From: Streptomyces sp. NPDC050315
Lineage (GTDB): Bacteria > Actinomycetota > Actinomycetes > Streptomycetales > Streptomycetaceae
DNA: 32,000 bases
NCBI RefSeq assembly: GCF_040655775.1
Contig: NZ_JBFAKN010000002.1
Span: forward strand, 190,832 to 222,831
Direction of reading: 5' to 3'
This document shows positions 5,604-14,202 of this stretch, one piece after another. The position numbers and the translations under genes are program-made. The notes under the pieces are model-generated. The model saw only the letters and a program-made list of their open reading frames with translations. It searched no databases and was not told where the DNA came from. The first letter of the stretch is position 1. Each line of letters opens with the position of its first letter.

Positions 5604-8120
5604 TCAGCCCTGAGCGTCCCGCACGGCCAACGCGCGGCGGAGGTCGTCGAGCTGGTCGGCGAGCTTGCGCCGGAGGGCGGGAGTGGGCTCGGCGTCGCGC
5701 AGGCACGCCTCGCCGAGCCGGAGGGTTGCCGCCTCGACGAGCGGTGCGGGGAACGCGTACCGGCCGGCGGCCTCGGCCAGGGCCGGGCCTCGGCGTTCGG
5801 CGAGGGTGACGGCGTCGGTGAAGTACCGCTCCACGTAGGGGCGTACGAGCTCGGCCTGCTCGGGCGCCCAGAAGCCGGTGGCGGTGGCGGTGAACAGGTA
5901 GGTGGACAGGTCGTCGGTGGTGTCGGTGGTGAACATGGCGTCCCAGGCGGTCTTCTTGGCGGCCGGGTCGGGAAGCGCGGCGTGGCAGCGGGCGGCGCCT
6001 TCCTTGCCGCTGGCGCTGGGGTCGCGGGTCAGTTCGGCGTCGATGGCGGCGGGGGTGGTGGCGCCGAGGACGGCGAGGCGGCCGAGGATGCGCCAGCGCA
6101 GTTCGGGGTCGAGGGCGGGGCCGCCGGGGACGCTGTCACCGTCGAGCCAGTCCTGGATGCCTTCGGGTGTGGTGGCGCTGTCGATGAAGGTGCGGACGGC
6201 TGCCAGGCGGAGGCCCTGCCCATCGCCGTTCTCGCTGCCTTCGGTGCGGCGGAGGATGTCGCGGCAGAGGTCGGCGAGGGTGGTGAGGGCGGCGGGGCGG
6301 TCGGCCGCGGGGAGGTAGCGGTCGGCGATCTGGCTGCGGGCGAAGGCCAGTACGCCCTGGACAAGGGCGGTGTCGGTCTCGTACGGGAGGTGAGTGCGGA
6401 CGGCTTCGAGGTAGGCGGCGGGGGGCAGTTCGCCGTCGCGGACCATGTCGCGGGCGGCGTTCCAGACCACGGCGCGGGTGAGGGGGTCGGGGAGGCCCGA
6501 GAGGGCGGTCTGTGCGGTGGTCCAGGAGGTGGGGTCGAGGCGGACCTTGGCGTAGGTGAGGTCGCCATCATTGAGGAGGACGAGGTCGGGGCGGCGGCCC
6601 GGGATGGTGTGGGTGCGGTCTCCGGGCAGGTCGTGGGTGAGGGGGGTGCGGGGGACGAGGCGGCCGGGGGTGGTGGGGTCCTGGTCGTAGAGGCCAATGG
6701 TGAGGTGGTGCGGGCGGTCACCCTCGTGGGTGACGGTGAGGGTCCAGGAGCCGTCGGTGGTCTCGTCGATGGCGGGGGTGAGGGTGTCGACTCCGGTGGT
6801 GCGCAGCCACTTGTCGGCCCAGGCGTGGACGTCGCGGTCGGTGGCGCGGGCGAGGGAGTCGGTGAAGTCGGCGAGGGTGGCGTTGCCGAAGCGGTGCCGG
6901 GCGAAGTGGTCGTTGATGCCGGCGAGGAAGTCCTTTTCGCCCATCCAGGCGACGAGTTGGCGCAGTGCGGAGGCGCCCTTGGCGTAGGAGATGCCGTCGA
7001 AGTTGAGGAAGGCGGAGGCGGTGTCGGGGACGGCGTCGGGGGCGGGGGCGACAGGGTGGGTGGAGGGTCGCTGGTCGGCGTCGTATCCCCAGCTCTTGCG
7101 GGCGACGCCGAAGTCGGTCCAGGTGTCGGTGAAGTGGGTGGCTTCGCTGAGGACTTGGTATCCCATGTACTCGGCGAAGGACTCGTTGAGCCAGATGTCG
7201 TCCCACCAGGCGAGGGTGACGAGGTCGCCGAACCACATGTGGGCCATTTCGTGGGCGATGACCATGCCGCGGGTCTGGCGCTCGGTGTCGGTGACGGCGG
7301 AGCGGTAGACGAATTCGTCGCGGAAGGTGACGAGTCCTGGGTTCTCCATGGCGCCGGCGTTGAATTCGGGGACGAACGCCTGGTCGTAGGAGTCGAAGGG
7401 GTAGGGCTCGTCGAAGAGCTGGTGGTAGCGGTCGTAGCAGCGGCGGGTGATGTCGAGGATTTCGTCGGCGTCGGCGTTGAGGTAGGGCGCGAGGGAGCGG
7501 CGGCAGTGGATGCCGAAGGGGAGGCCGGCGTGCTCGGTGCGGACGGAGTGCCAGGGACCTGCGGCGACGGCGACCAGGTAGGTGCTGATGGGCGGCGTGG
7601 GCGCGAGGGTCCAGTGGCCTTCGGGGGTGCGGGTGGCGCGGGAGTTGCCGAGGACGGTCCAGCCGTCGGGGGCGGTGACGGTGAGGGCGAAGACGGCTTT
7701 GAGGTCGGGCTGGTCGAAGGCGGGGAAGACGCGCTGGACGTCTTCCATGAACAGCTGGGTGTAGACGTAGGTCTCGCCGTCGGCGGGGTCGGTGAAGCGG
7801 TGCATGCCTTCGCCGGTGCGGGAGTACCGCATGGTGGCTTCGACGTGCAGCTCGTGCTCGCCGGGGGTGAGGCCGGTGAGCGGGAAGTGGTTGTCCTGCA
7901 GGTCGGCGGGGTCGAGGGGGCGGCCGTCGAGGGTGATGCTGTGCAGGTGGTCGGGCTTGAGGTCGAGAAAGGTGTCGCCCGGAGTGCGCGCGCTGAAGCG
8001 GATGGCCGTGCGGGTGGTGAAGTGCTCCTCGCCGGTGGTCAGGTCGAGGTCGATGTCGTAGTGGTGGACGTCGAGGATGCGGGCTCGGGTTTGCGCTTCG
8101 TCGCGCGTCAATGCGGGCAT
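5604..8120 (-). CDS. pepN: Aminopeptidase N (M1 family zinc metallopeptidase)
   Basis: GAMENPGLVTF exopeptidase motif and HEMAHMWFGDLVT...WLNESFAEY zinc site. The chosen start MPALTRDEAQTRARILDV (ATG 8118-8120) matches the usual actinobacterial PepN N-terminus. The track start at 8204 adds 28 aa without an RBS. Confidence 0.9.
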   Translation of the reverse strand: MPALTRDEAQTRARILDVHHYDIDLDLTTGEEHFTTRTAIRFSARTPGDTFLDLKPDHLHSITLDGRPLDPADLQDNHFPLTGLTPGEHELHVEATMRYSRTGEGMHRFTDPADGETYVYTQLFMEDVQRVFPAFDQPDLKAVFALTVTAPDGWTVLGNSRATRTPEGHWTLAPTPPISTYLVAVAAGPWHSVRTEHAGLPFGIHCRRSLAPYLNADADEILDITRRCYDRYHQLFDEPYPFDSYDQAFVPEFNAGAMENPGLVTFRDEFVYRSAVTDTERQTRGMVIAHEMAHMWFGDLVTLAWWDDIWLNESFAEYMGYQVLSEATHFTDTWTDFGVARKSWGYDADQRPSTHPVAPAPDAVPDTASAFLNFDGISYAKGASALRQLVAWMGEKDFLAGINDHFARHRFGNATLADFTDSLARATDRDVHAWADKWLRTTGVDTLTPAIDETTDGSWTLTVTHEGDRPHHLTIGLYDQDPTTPGRLVPRTPLTHDLPGDRTHTIPGRRPDLVLLNDGDLTYAKVRLDPTSWTTAQTALSGLPDPLTRAVVWNAARDMVRDGELPPAAYLEAVRTHLPYETDTALVQGVLAFARSQIADRYLPAADRPAALTTLADLCRDILRRTEGSENGDGQGLRLAAVRTFIDSATTPEGIQDWLDGDSVPGGPALDPELRWRILGRLAVLGATTPAAIDAELTRDPSASGKEGAARCHAALPDPAAKKTAWDAMFTTDTTDDLSTYLFTATATGFWAPEQAELVRPYVERYFTDAVTLAERRGPALAEAAGRYAFPAPLVEAATLRLGEACLRDAEPTPALRRKLADQLDDLRRALAVRDAQG

Positions 8121-8296
8121 GGCGTCATGCTGCCGCAGGCCGGCAGTTTCGCGCACCCATGCCTCCGAGCCTGTGGATAACTCGCCGGGCGGCAGCTCCG
8201 CCATGGGTCCGGGACGGCTGCGGGGGACGCGTCGCGGTGGGTGTACGGCTTCGCGCCGGGCCGATCCGACCGTTAAGTGTCCGGGCTTCTCAGTAC

Positions 8297-8310
8297 TAAG
8301 ATTTCCGGAA
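8297..8310 (+). promoter_or_regulatory. Candidate marR -10 element (TAAGAT, 8297-8302) abutting an 8-bp palindrome TTCCGGAA (8303-8310)
   Basis: This is the only AT-richer patch (8270-8316) in the pepN-marR divergent spacer. TAAGAT fits TAnnnT, and TTAAGT/TAAGTG lies 17-18 nt upstream. The palindrome is a plausible MarR auto-operator. Confidence 0.3.
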
Positions 8311-8361
8311 GATCACGGCCGGGTGCCCGGCCCGAGGGGCGAGCCCGGGGAGGGTGCCGAG

Positions 8362-8904
8362 ATGGCGAGGAAGACGGCGGCGCTGGACGCGGTGGCCGGC
8401 ATCATCGAGGACTGGCGGCGGGAGCGGCCGGAGCTGGACACCTCGCCACTGGAGGTGCTGGCGCGGCTGCACCGTACGTTCCTGCGGTACAGCGCGAAGC
8501 TGACGGCTTCGGTGGAGTCGCACGGCCTGTCGGTGGCCGGGTTCGACGTGCTGACGGCGCTGCGCAGGGCGGGGAAGCCGTACCGGCGTACGGCGGGCCA
8601 GCTGGCCGATTCGGGGCTGATCTCGTCGGCGGGTGTGACGCTGCGGATCGACCGGCTGGAGAAGGACGGCCTGATCGTGCGGGAGCGGGACCCGGAGGAC
8701 CGGCGGGTGGTGCGGTCGCGGCTGACGGAGGAGGGCCTGGCCAAGATCGACGCGTTGTTCGCCGAGCATCTGGAGAACGAACGGCGGATGCTGGCCGGCC
8801 TCTCCCCCGCCGAGTGCCGTCAGCTGGCGCGGCTGCTGTCGAAGCTGGAGCGGTCGATCACGGAGTCGGGTGCGGCGGAGCCGGACTCGTCGTCCGGGGG
8901 CTGA
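8362..8904 (+). CDS. MarR family transcriptional regulator
   Basis: GGGGAGGG RBS lies ~8 nt upstream of ATG 8362. Winged-helix region LSVAGFDVLTALRRAGKPYRRTAGQLADSGLISSAGVTLRIDRLEKDGLIVRERDPEDRRVV. The track start at 8077 lies inside pepN. Confidence 0.85.
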   Translation: MARKTAALDAVAGIIEDWRRERPELDTSPLEVLARLHRTFLRYSAKLTASVESHGLSVAGFDVLTALRRAGKPYRRTAGQLADSGLISSAGVTLRIDRLEKDGLIVRERDPEDRRVVRSRLTEEGLAKIDALFAEHLENERRMLAGLSPAECRQLARLLSKLERSITESGAAEPDSSSGG

Positions 8905-10183
8905 CCGGCGGCTCTTCGGTGGCGGGCGGGCCGGGCCGGAGCAGGAGCCATGCCCCGCAGATCAGCGTGATGGCCTGGGCGCCGATCAGCAGCGCGTATC
9001 CGGCGCCGAAGCTGTGGCCGCCGCCGAGGGCGATGGCGGCTCCCATGGCGGTGGGCATGAAGGCGGAGACGAGGTTGCCGACGCCGTTGACCACTCCGTA
9101 GGCGCTGCCGACCGTACCGGCCAGCGCGTGCCGCTGTACGAGGGTGGGGATGGCCGGGCCCTGCAGGCCCCAGAAGCCGCCCGCCAGGACGAGTCCGGTG
9201 GCGGCGAGCCAGGCGGCGTCCGCGGTGATGACGAGCAGGACGCAGCTTCCGGTACCGAGCGCGCCGACGACGAACAGCAGGGGCAGCCTGCGGGCGGACA
9301 GCTTGTCGATGAGGAAGCCACCGAGGAACCCGGAAGCCAGGCTCATCAGGAACGGCAGCGCGGAGACAGCGCCCATCTGGGCGAGGGAGAAGTGGCGTTC
9401 CTGAAGGAGGTACGCCGGCAGCCAGGAGCTGCTCCCCCACAGGTAGGCCAGGGTGGCGATCTCGATGAGCAGGATGCAGCCGAGGCGCGGGGTGCGCAGG
9501 GCTTCGCGCAGGGTGGCCGCGACGCCGCGCCGCGGTCCCGAAGGGGCGTGCCCGGCTCTCCTCTCCCCCGCTTGCCGGCGTTCCCGTATGAACAGCGCGA
9601 TGAGTGGCAGCCCGATCGCGGCGTTGAGGAGCGCGAGGAGCACGAAGGACGTGTGCCAGTCGTAGCGGTGGACGAGGTAGGTGATCAGGGGCAGCCCGAC
9701 GGCGGTGCCCAGGGAGACGCCCATGGAGCTGACGGCGTTGGGCCTGCCCACCTCGTGCGGCGCGAAGTGCTCCTTGACGTACATCGTCTTGAGCGAGAAC
9801 AGCGGCCCTTCGGACACGCCCAGCAGGAAGCGGAGGGCGATGAACATCAGGGCGCCGAGCGCATAAGGAGAGAGCAGGGTGAGTGCTGCCCACAGGCCGA
9901 CGCTCACCAATAGGCCGCGCCGCGCCCCCAGGGCGGATTCGTACAGCGGGGTGAGGAAGAAGGCGGCGAGTCCGTATCCGATGAGGAAGACGGTCATCAG
10001 GGCGCCTTGGAGGACGCGGTCGCCGGTCATCCCGAAGTGGTCGGTGAAGGCGCGGTCGGTGATCAGTACGGAGACGTTGACGCGGTCGACGTAGGAGATC
10101 AGGACGATGGCGAGCAGGCTGAGGACGCCCGCCCACCGCCGCGGGGAGGCCGTGGCGGTGGGCGGTGCGGCGGTCGGCGCCAC
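8858..10183 (-). CDS. MFS transporter, anion:cation symporter (ACS)-like, last gene of the catabolic operon
   Basis: 12-TM-type hydrophobic profile, with SYVDRVNVSV near TM1 typical of ACS/phthalate-type permeases. The GTG at 10181-10183 is the first in-frame start after the Rieske stop (5-nt gap). The upstream 219 aa of the track ORF overlap the Rieske gene out of frame. Confidence 0.75.
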   Translation of the reverse strand: MAPTAAPPTATASPRRWAGVLSLLAIVLISYVDRVNVSVLITDRAFTDHFGMTGDRVLQGALMTVFLIGYGLAAFFLTPLYESALGARRGLLVSVGLWAALTLLSPYALGALMFIALRFLLGVSEGPLFSLKTMYVKEHFAPHEVGRPNAVSSMGVSLGTAVGLPLITYLVHRYDWHTSFVLLALLNAAIGLPLIALFIRERRQAGERRAGHAPSGPRRGVAATLREALRTPRLGCILLIEIATLAYLWGSSSWLPAYLLQERHFSLAQMGAVSALPFLMSLASGFLGGFLIDKLSARRLPLLFVVGALGTGSCVLLVITADAAWLAATGLVLAGGFWGLQGPAIPTLVQRHALAGTVGSAYGVVNGVGNLVSAFMPTAMGAAIALGGGHSFGAGYALLIGAQAITLICGAWLLLRPGPPATEEPPVSPRTTSPAPPHPTP

Positions 10184-10188
10184 CGGTG

Positions 10189-11259
10189 TCAGCCGCCGGC
10201 GGGGGCGGTCGCCGCGGCGGGCTCCGGGGAGGCGAGCGCGGCGGCCTGCTGTTCGGCCGCGGTCCGGTAGAGGCGGCGCAGCCGTACGACACCGAGGTCG
10301 TGCTGGTAGAGGTTCTCGGCCTGGTCGGCGTCGTGCGGCATGGCCTCCAGCATGACGCGGTCCTGTTCGAGCACTTCCCAGTGACGCTTCTCGATGAGCG
10401 TGCGGTACAGGAAGCGCCAGGTGTCGCGCTGCCAGCCGGTGACCTTGCGGTAGCGCCAGAAGAAGACGCCGCTGCGGTGCTCGTCCACGGGGCAGATCAT
10501 GCCGACGATCCCGAAGGGGCCGCCGGGGCCCGCGGACGGCGGGTACGGGATGGACAGGTCGACCCAGTCGATACCGGTGCGGCACAGTTCGACCCAGTCG
10601 AAGTTGACGCCGCGCTGGTCGGTCTTCTCGAAGAAATAACCGCGGTCGGTCTCCCGGATGCGGAACTTCGCGGTGGTGTCGCCGTCGAACATCGTGTGCG
10701 ACTCGTGGTGCAGGAACTGGCCGTGCATCGGGTCGAGGAGGTTCTCCATGCCGAACCGCCAGGGCACGTCCCACTCGGCGTAGCAGAGGATGGCCTCCGT
10801 ACCGGGGTCGGTGAGCGGTTCGGGGAGGGTCAGTTCGCACGGCTCCGGGTGCTGCTCGTCTCCGAAGTAGGCGAGGATCGCGCCGCCGACCTCGCGTACG
10901 GGGAGGCTGGTGACGAGCTTCTTGCCCTCCAGGTTGCAGCCGGGCAGGCCCGGTACGGAGGAGACCGTGCCGTCACCCTCGACCTCGACGCCGTGGTACC
11001 AGCAGGCCACGCGGTCCCCGAGGTGCTTGCCGAGAGAGAGCCGGGCGCCCCGGTGCGGGCAGCGGTCGGCGAGCATGTGGAGGGTGCCGTCGGCGCGCCG
11101 GAAGAGGAGCCAGTCCTCTCCGAGGGCGGTGACCTTGCGCATGCCTCCGGGGGCGACGAAATGGGACGGCACTACGGGGTGCCACTGGTTGCGCAGCCCG
11201 GTGGCGTAGATGTGCTCGGCGGTGGCGGCGGTGCCGGCCTTGGTGTGGGTGAGGGTCAT
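10189..11259 (-). CDS. Rieske [2Fe-2S] non-heme iron oxygenase, VanA/phthalate-family (class IA) oxygenase component
   Basis: Rieske motif CPHRGARLSLG...ACWYHG. Mononuclear iron motif ENLLDPMHGQFLHH (E-x3-D-x2-H-x4-H). ATG 11257-11259 lies 1 nt after the stop of the 73-aa ORF (TGAcATG). Confidence 0.85.
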   Translation of the reverse strand: MTLTHTKAGTAATAEHIYATGLRNQWHPVVPSHFVAPGGMRKVTALGEDWLLFRRADGTLHMLADRCPHRGARLSLGKHLGDRVACWYHGVEVEGDGTVSSVPGLPGCNLEGKKLVTSLPVREVGGAILAYFGDEQHPEPCELTLPEPLTDPGTEAILCYAEWDVPWRFGMENLLDPMHGQFLHHESHTMFDGDTTAKFRIRETDRGYFFEKTDQRGVNFDWVELCRTGIDWVDLSIPYPPSAGPGGPFGIVGMICPVDEHRSGVFFWRYRKVTGWQRDTWRFLYRTLIEKRHWEVLEQDRVMLEAMPHDADQAENLYQHDLGVVRLRRLYRTAAEQQAAALASPEPAAATAPAGG

Positions 11260-11260
11260 G

Positions 11261-11482
11261 TCAGGCTCCCAGGCGGTGCATCTCGGCGCGGAAGGTGTCC
11301 TCGGTCCAGGGGGCGCCGTCGGGGGCGTGCACCTGCCGGGAGTTGAGGCCGCGGACGACATCGGCGAGCTCGTGGCCTTCGTTGGTGAAGACCTCTTCGA
11401 GGGTCGCGGCGAGCTTGTACTCGTACGGGGTGGGCTCGTGCGTACGGGACTGGTGGACGTCCAGGTACGGCCAGGGGGTCAT
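11261..11482 (-). CDS. 73-aa protein of unknown function with a recombinase-type LNxxG..PxGxxW helix-turn-helix-like motif, coupled to the Rieske oxygenase
   Basis: Strong SD: GGAGG lies 5 nt upstream of ATG 11480-11482. Its stop is 1 nt from the Rieske ATG. The C-terminal half reads ELADVVRGLNSRQVHAPDGAPWTEDTFRAEMHRLG. Confidence 0.65.
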   Translation of the reverse strand: MTPWPYLDVHQSRTHEPTPYEYKLAATLEEVFTNEGHELADVVRGLNSRQVHAPDGAPWTEDTFRAEMHRLGA

Positions 11483-11519
11483 CGGTGCCTCCGGTGTCTA
11501 CAAGGCGAGCGGGGTGGCT

Positions 11520-12512
11520 TTACAGGTCCAGGACGAGGCGGTCGGAGGCACAGCGCGAGACGCAGATCATCATGGTCGCGTTCGCCGCGTGCTCGGCCTC
11601 GCTGAGGAGGAAGTCGCGGTGGTCGGGGACGCCTTCGAGGACGCGGGTCTCGCAGCTGCCGCAGATGCCGTCGCGGCAGGAGCTCTCGGCCTGCAGGCCG
11701 GCGGCCTCCACAGCTTCGAGGATCGAGGTGTCCGCACCGACGCTGAGCGTCGTTCCCGAGCGGCGGCACTCGACTTCGAAGGCGCTGTCGTCGCCGCTGC
11801 GCTCCACAACGGGCGCGGCGAAGCGCTCCACCCGGAGCTGTGCGGCGGGGCAGCGATCCTCGACGGCGACGAGCAGCGGCTCGGGGCCGCAGCAGTACAC
11901 GAGGGTGTGGTCGTCGAGGCCGGTCAGGGCGGCGTCGAGGTCGATGTGGCCGTGTTCGTCCTGGGGGTGGAGGACGAGTTCGCCGCCTCCTTGCTCGGCG
12001 AGGTCGGCGAGTTCGCTGCCGAAGGCCATCGAGGCGCGGCTGCGGCCCCCGTGGACGAGTCGCCAGGGCACGCCCTTACGGGTGGCCTCGCGGGCCATGG
12101 CCAGCAACGGGGTGATGCCGATGCCGCCGGCGATGAACAGGTACGCGGGCGCGTCGGCGAGCGCGAAGTGGTTGCGGGGACCGACGGCGGTGACGGTCTG
12201 TCCGGGGCGCAGCTGGGTGTGGACGAAGCGGGAACCTCCGCGGGAGGCCGGTTCGTTGAGGACTCCGAGGCGGTAGCGCGTGGTGTCGAGGGGGTCGCCG
12301 CACAGGGAGTACTGCCGGGTGTGGCCGCCGACGTGCAGGTCGAGGTGGGCGCCGGGCTGCCAGGCGGGCAGGGGCTTGCCCTCGGGGTGGACGAGGTCGA
12401 CGGAGAGGACGCCGTCGGCTTCCCAGGTCATGCGGTGGACGAGCAGGTCGAGGCGGGGCTCGGCGGCCGTGGCCTGGTCAGGGGCGCCCGGCCGGGTGTC
12501 GTTGCTGGTCAT
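11520..12512 (-). CDS. PDR/VanB-family oxidoreductase (FMN + NAD(P)H + plant-type [2Fe-2S] reductase of class IA oxygenases)
   Basis: RQYSL (flavin), FIAGGIGITPLLAM (NAD), and C-terminal CRDGICGSCETRVLEG...MICVS ferredoxin cysteines. Confidence 0.88.
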   Translation of the reverse strand: MTSNDTRPGAPDQATAAEPRLDLLVHRMTWEADGVLSVDLVHPEGKPLPAWQPGAHLDLHVGGHTRQYSLCGDPLDTTRYRLGVLNEPASRGGSRFVHTQLRPGQTVTAVGPRNHFALADAPAYLFIAGGIGITPLLAMAREATRKGVPWRLVHGGRSRASMAFGSELADLAEQGGGELVLHPQDEHGHIDLDAALTGLDDHTLVYCCGPEPLLVAVEDRCPAAQLRVERFAAPVVERSGDDSAFEVECRRSGTTLSVGADTSILEAVEAAGLQAESSCRDGICGSCETRVLEGVPDHRDFLLSEAEHAANATMMICVSRCASDRLVLDL

Positions 12513-12525
12513 GGCGTCGGCCTCC

Positions 12526-14193
12526 TCACGCGGTGGGGATCTTGACGGGCGGGGTGAACGGGTTCTTCATCGGGCCGAGCGCGTTGAGGTCGACCTCGAC
12601 GAGGGTGGGGTCGCCGGAGGCGACGGCCTCGGTGAGGACGGGCGCCGCGTCGGCCTCGGCGGCGATCCGGGCGTAGGGCAGGCCGCAGGCACGGGCCAGG
12701 AGGGAGAAGTCGGGGGTGGTGAGGTCGACCCCGGAGCGGCGCTCGCTGTAGCGGTCCTGCATGTTGCGCAGCACGCCGTAGCCGCCGTCGTTGAAGACGA
12801 GGAGGGTGAGCGCGGGCCGCTCCTGGGCGAGGGTGAGGAGCTCCCCGAGGTGCACGGCGAGGCCGCCGTCACCGGCCATGACGACGGTCGGTTCGTCCGG
12901 CCGTGCGAGTGCGGCGCCGAGGCCCATGCCCAGGCCCTGGCCGATGCCGCCGCCGCGCGGGAAGACGTTGTCGCGCGGGTCGTAGATCTCCAGCAGGCGG
13001 TTGCCCCAGCTGCTGGACGGGATGGTGACATCGCGGGCGATGACGGCGCGGCGCGGCAGGGCTGCACGCAGCGCGTCGCAGACGGCGGCCTGCGGCCCGA
13101 TGCCGTCGTGCAGGGCGGCGCGTACGTCCTCGCGTACGGAGGTGACGCGGGCGGTCCAGCCGGGCTCGGCGCTACCGGTCGCGGGGCCCTCGCTGGGCGT
13201 CTGCGGCCCCTCGGGCAGGCGGGCGAGCAGGGCGCCGAGTACGGCGTGCGCGTCGCCGTGCAGTGCGTGCTGCGCCGGGTAGACGCGCCCCAGGGCGGCG
13301 GCGTCGACGTCGATCTGGAGGTGCGTTTCGGGCAGGGCGAGCGAGTAGTCGCCGGTCTCGTTGGAGCGGAAGTGGGTGCCGATGGTGAGCAGGACGTCGG
13401 CGTCGGCGAGCAGGGCGCGGCCCGCCGGTGTGGTGGCGAAGTTGCCGATGACCTGCGGGTGGTCCTCGGGGACGGCGCCGCGGCCGGAGTTGGAGGTGAA
13501 CAGTCCGGCGCCGGTGCGCGCCAGCAGCTCGGCGAGCCGGTCCCCGGCCCCGCACGCGCCACCGCCTGCCCAGATCAAGGGCCTGCAGGCGCCGGCCAGC
13601 AGCCGTGCGGCGGCGTCGAGTTCGGCCGCCTCCGGGTGCGCCGTCTCCGGGGGCACGACGGTGACCTGCTCGTCCTGCTGCGGCGCGTACTGCAGGTCGA
13701 TCGGCCACTCCACGCTCGCCGGGCCACCGGGTGCGCGCAGGGCGGCGCGGGCCGCCTCTCGTAGTACGCGTCCCGCGGCGTCCGTGGAGGGCACGGTCGC
13801 AGCGTATGTAGAGACCGCGCGCAACATGGCGAGCTGGTCCTTGGTCTCGTGGATGAAGCCGCGGCCGCTGCCGAGGTACTGGCTTTCGATCTGGCCGGTG
13901 ACGTGCAGGACGGCGGTGCCGGAGCTGAGCGCTTCGATGAGCGACCCGGCGGCGTTGCCGGCGCCGGTACCGGTGGAGGTGAGGGCGCAGCCTATGGAGC
14001 CGCGGGCGCGTCCGTAGGCGTCGGCGGCGTTCACCGCGGTGGCTTCGTGGCGTACGGGCACGAAGCGCAGCTCACGGTCGACGGCTTCGACGAGCGGCAG
14101 GTTGTGGACGCTGACGATGCCGAACACGGTGTCGATGCCGAGTTCGCGCAGGACGGCGACGAGGAGGTCGCCTCCGGTGGGATGGTGCGTCAT
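12526..14193 (-). CDS. Thiamine diphosphate-dependent enzyme (acetolactate synthase large subunit / benzoylformate decarboxylase superfamily)
   Basis: N-terminal PYR domain with catalytic Glu in VRHEATAVNAADAY. ThDP-binding motif MAGDGGLAVHLGELLTLAQERPALTLLVFNDGGYG. It lies 13 nt upstream of the reductase gene. Confidence 0.85.
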   Translation of the reverse strand: MTHHPTGGDLLVAVLRELGIDTVFGIVSVHNLPLVEAVDRELRFVPVRHEATAVNAADAYGRARGSIGCALTSTGTGAGNAAGSLIEALSSGTAVLHVTGQIESQYLGSGRGFIHETKDQLAMLRAVSTYAATVPSTDAAGRVLREAARAALRAPGGPASVEWPIDLQYAPQQDEQVTVVPPETAHPEAAELDAAARLLAGACRPLIWAGGGACGAGDRLAELLARTGAGLFTSNSGRGAVPEDHPQVIGNFATTPAGRALLADADVLLTIGTHFRSNETGDYSLALPETHLQIDVDAAALGRVYPAQHALHGDAHAVLGALLARLPEGPQTPSEGPATGSAEPGWTARVTSVREDVRAALHDGIGPQAAVCDALRAALPRRAVIARDVTIPSSSWGNRLLEIYDPRDNVFPRGGGIGQGLGMGLGAALARPDEPTVVMAGDGGLAVHLGELLTLAQERPALTLLVFNDGGYGVLRNMQDRYSERRSGVDLTTPDFSLLARACGLPYARIAAEADAAPVLTEAVASGDPTLVEVDLNALGPMKNPFTPPVKIPTA

Positions 14194-14202
14194 GGAGGCT
14201 CC

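Noticed and set aside
5454-8180. 908-aa plus-strand ORF (Gly/Val/Ala/Glu/Asp-rich) covering the pepN region
   Set aside because: It is an antisense shadow of pepN. Its composition is the complement of a C3-rich gene, it has no recognisable motif or RBS, and pepN on the opposite strand has unambiguous M1-peptidase motifs.
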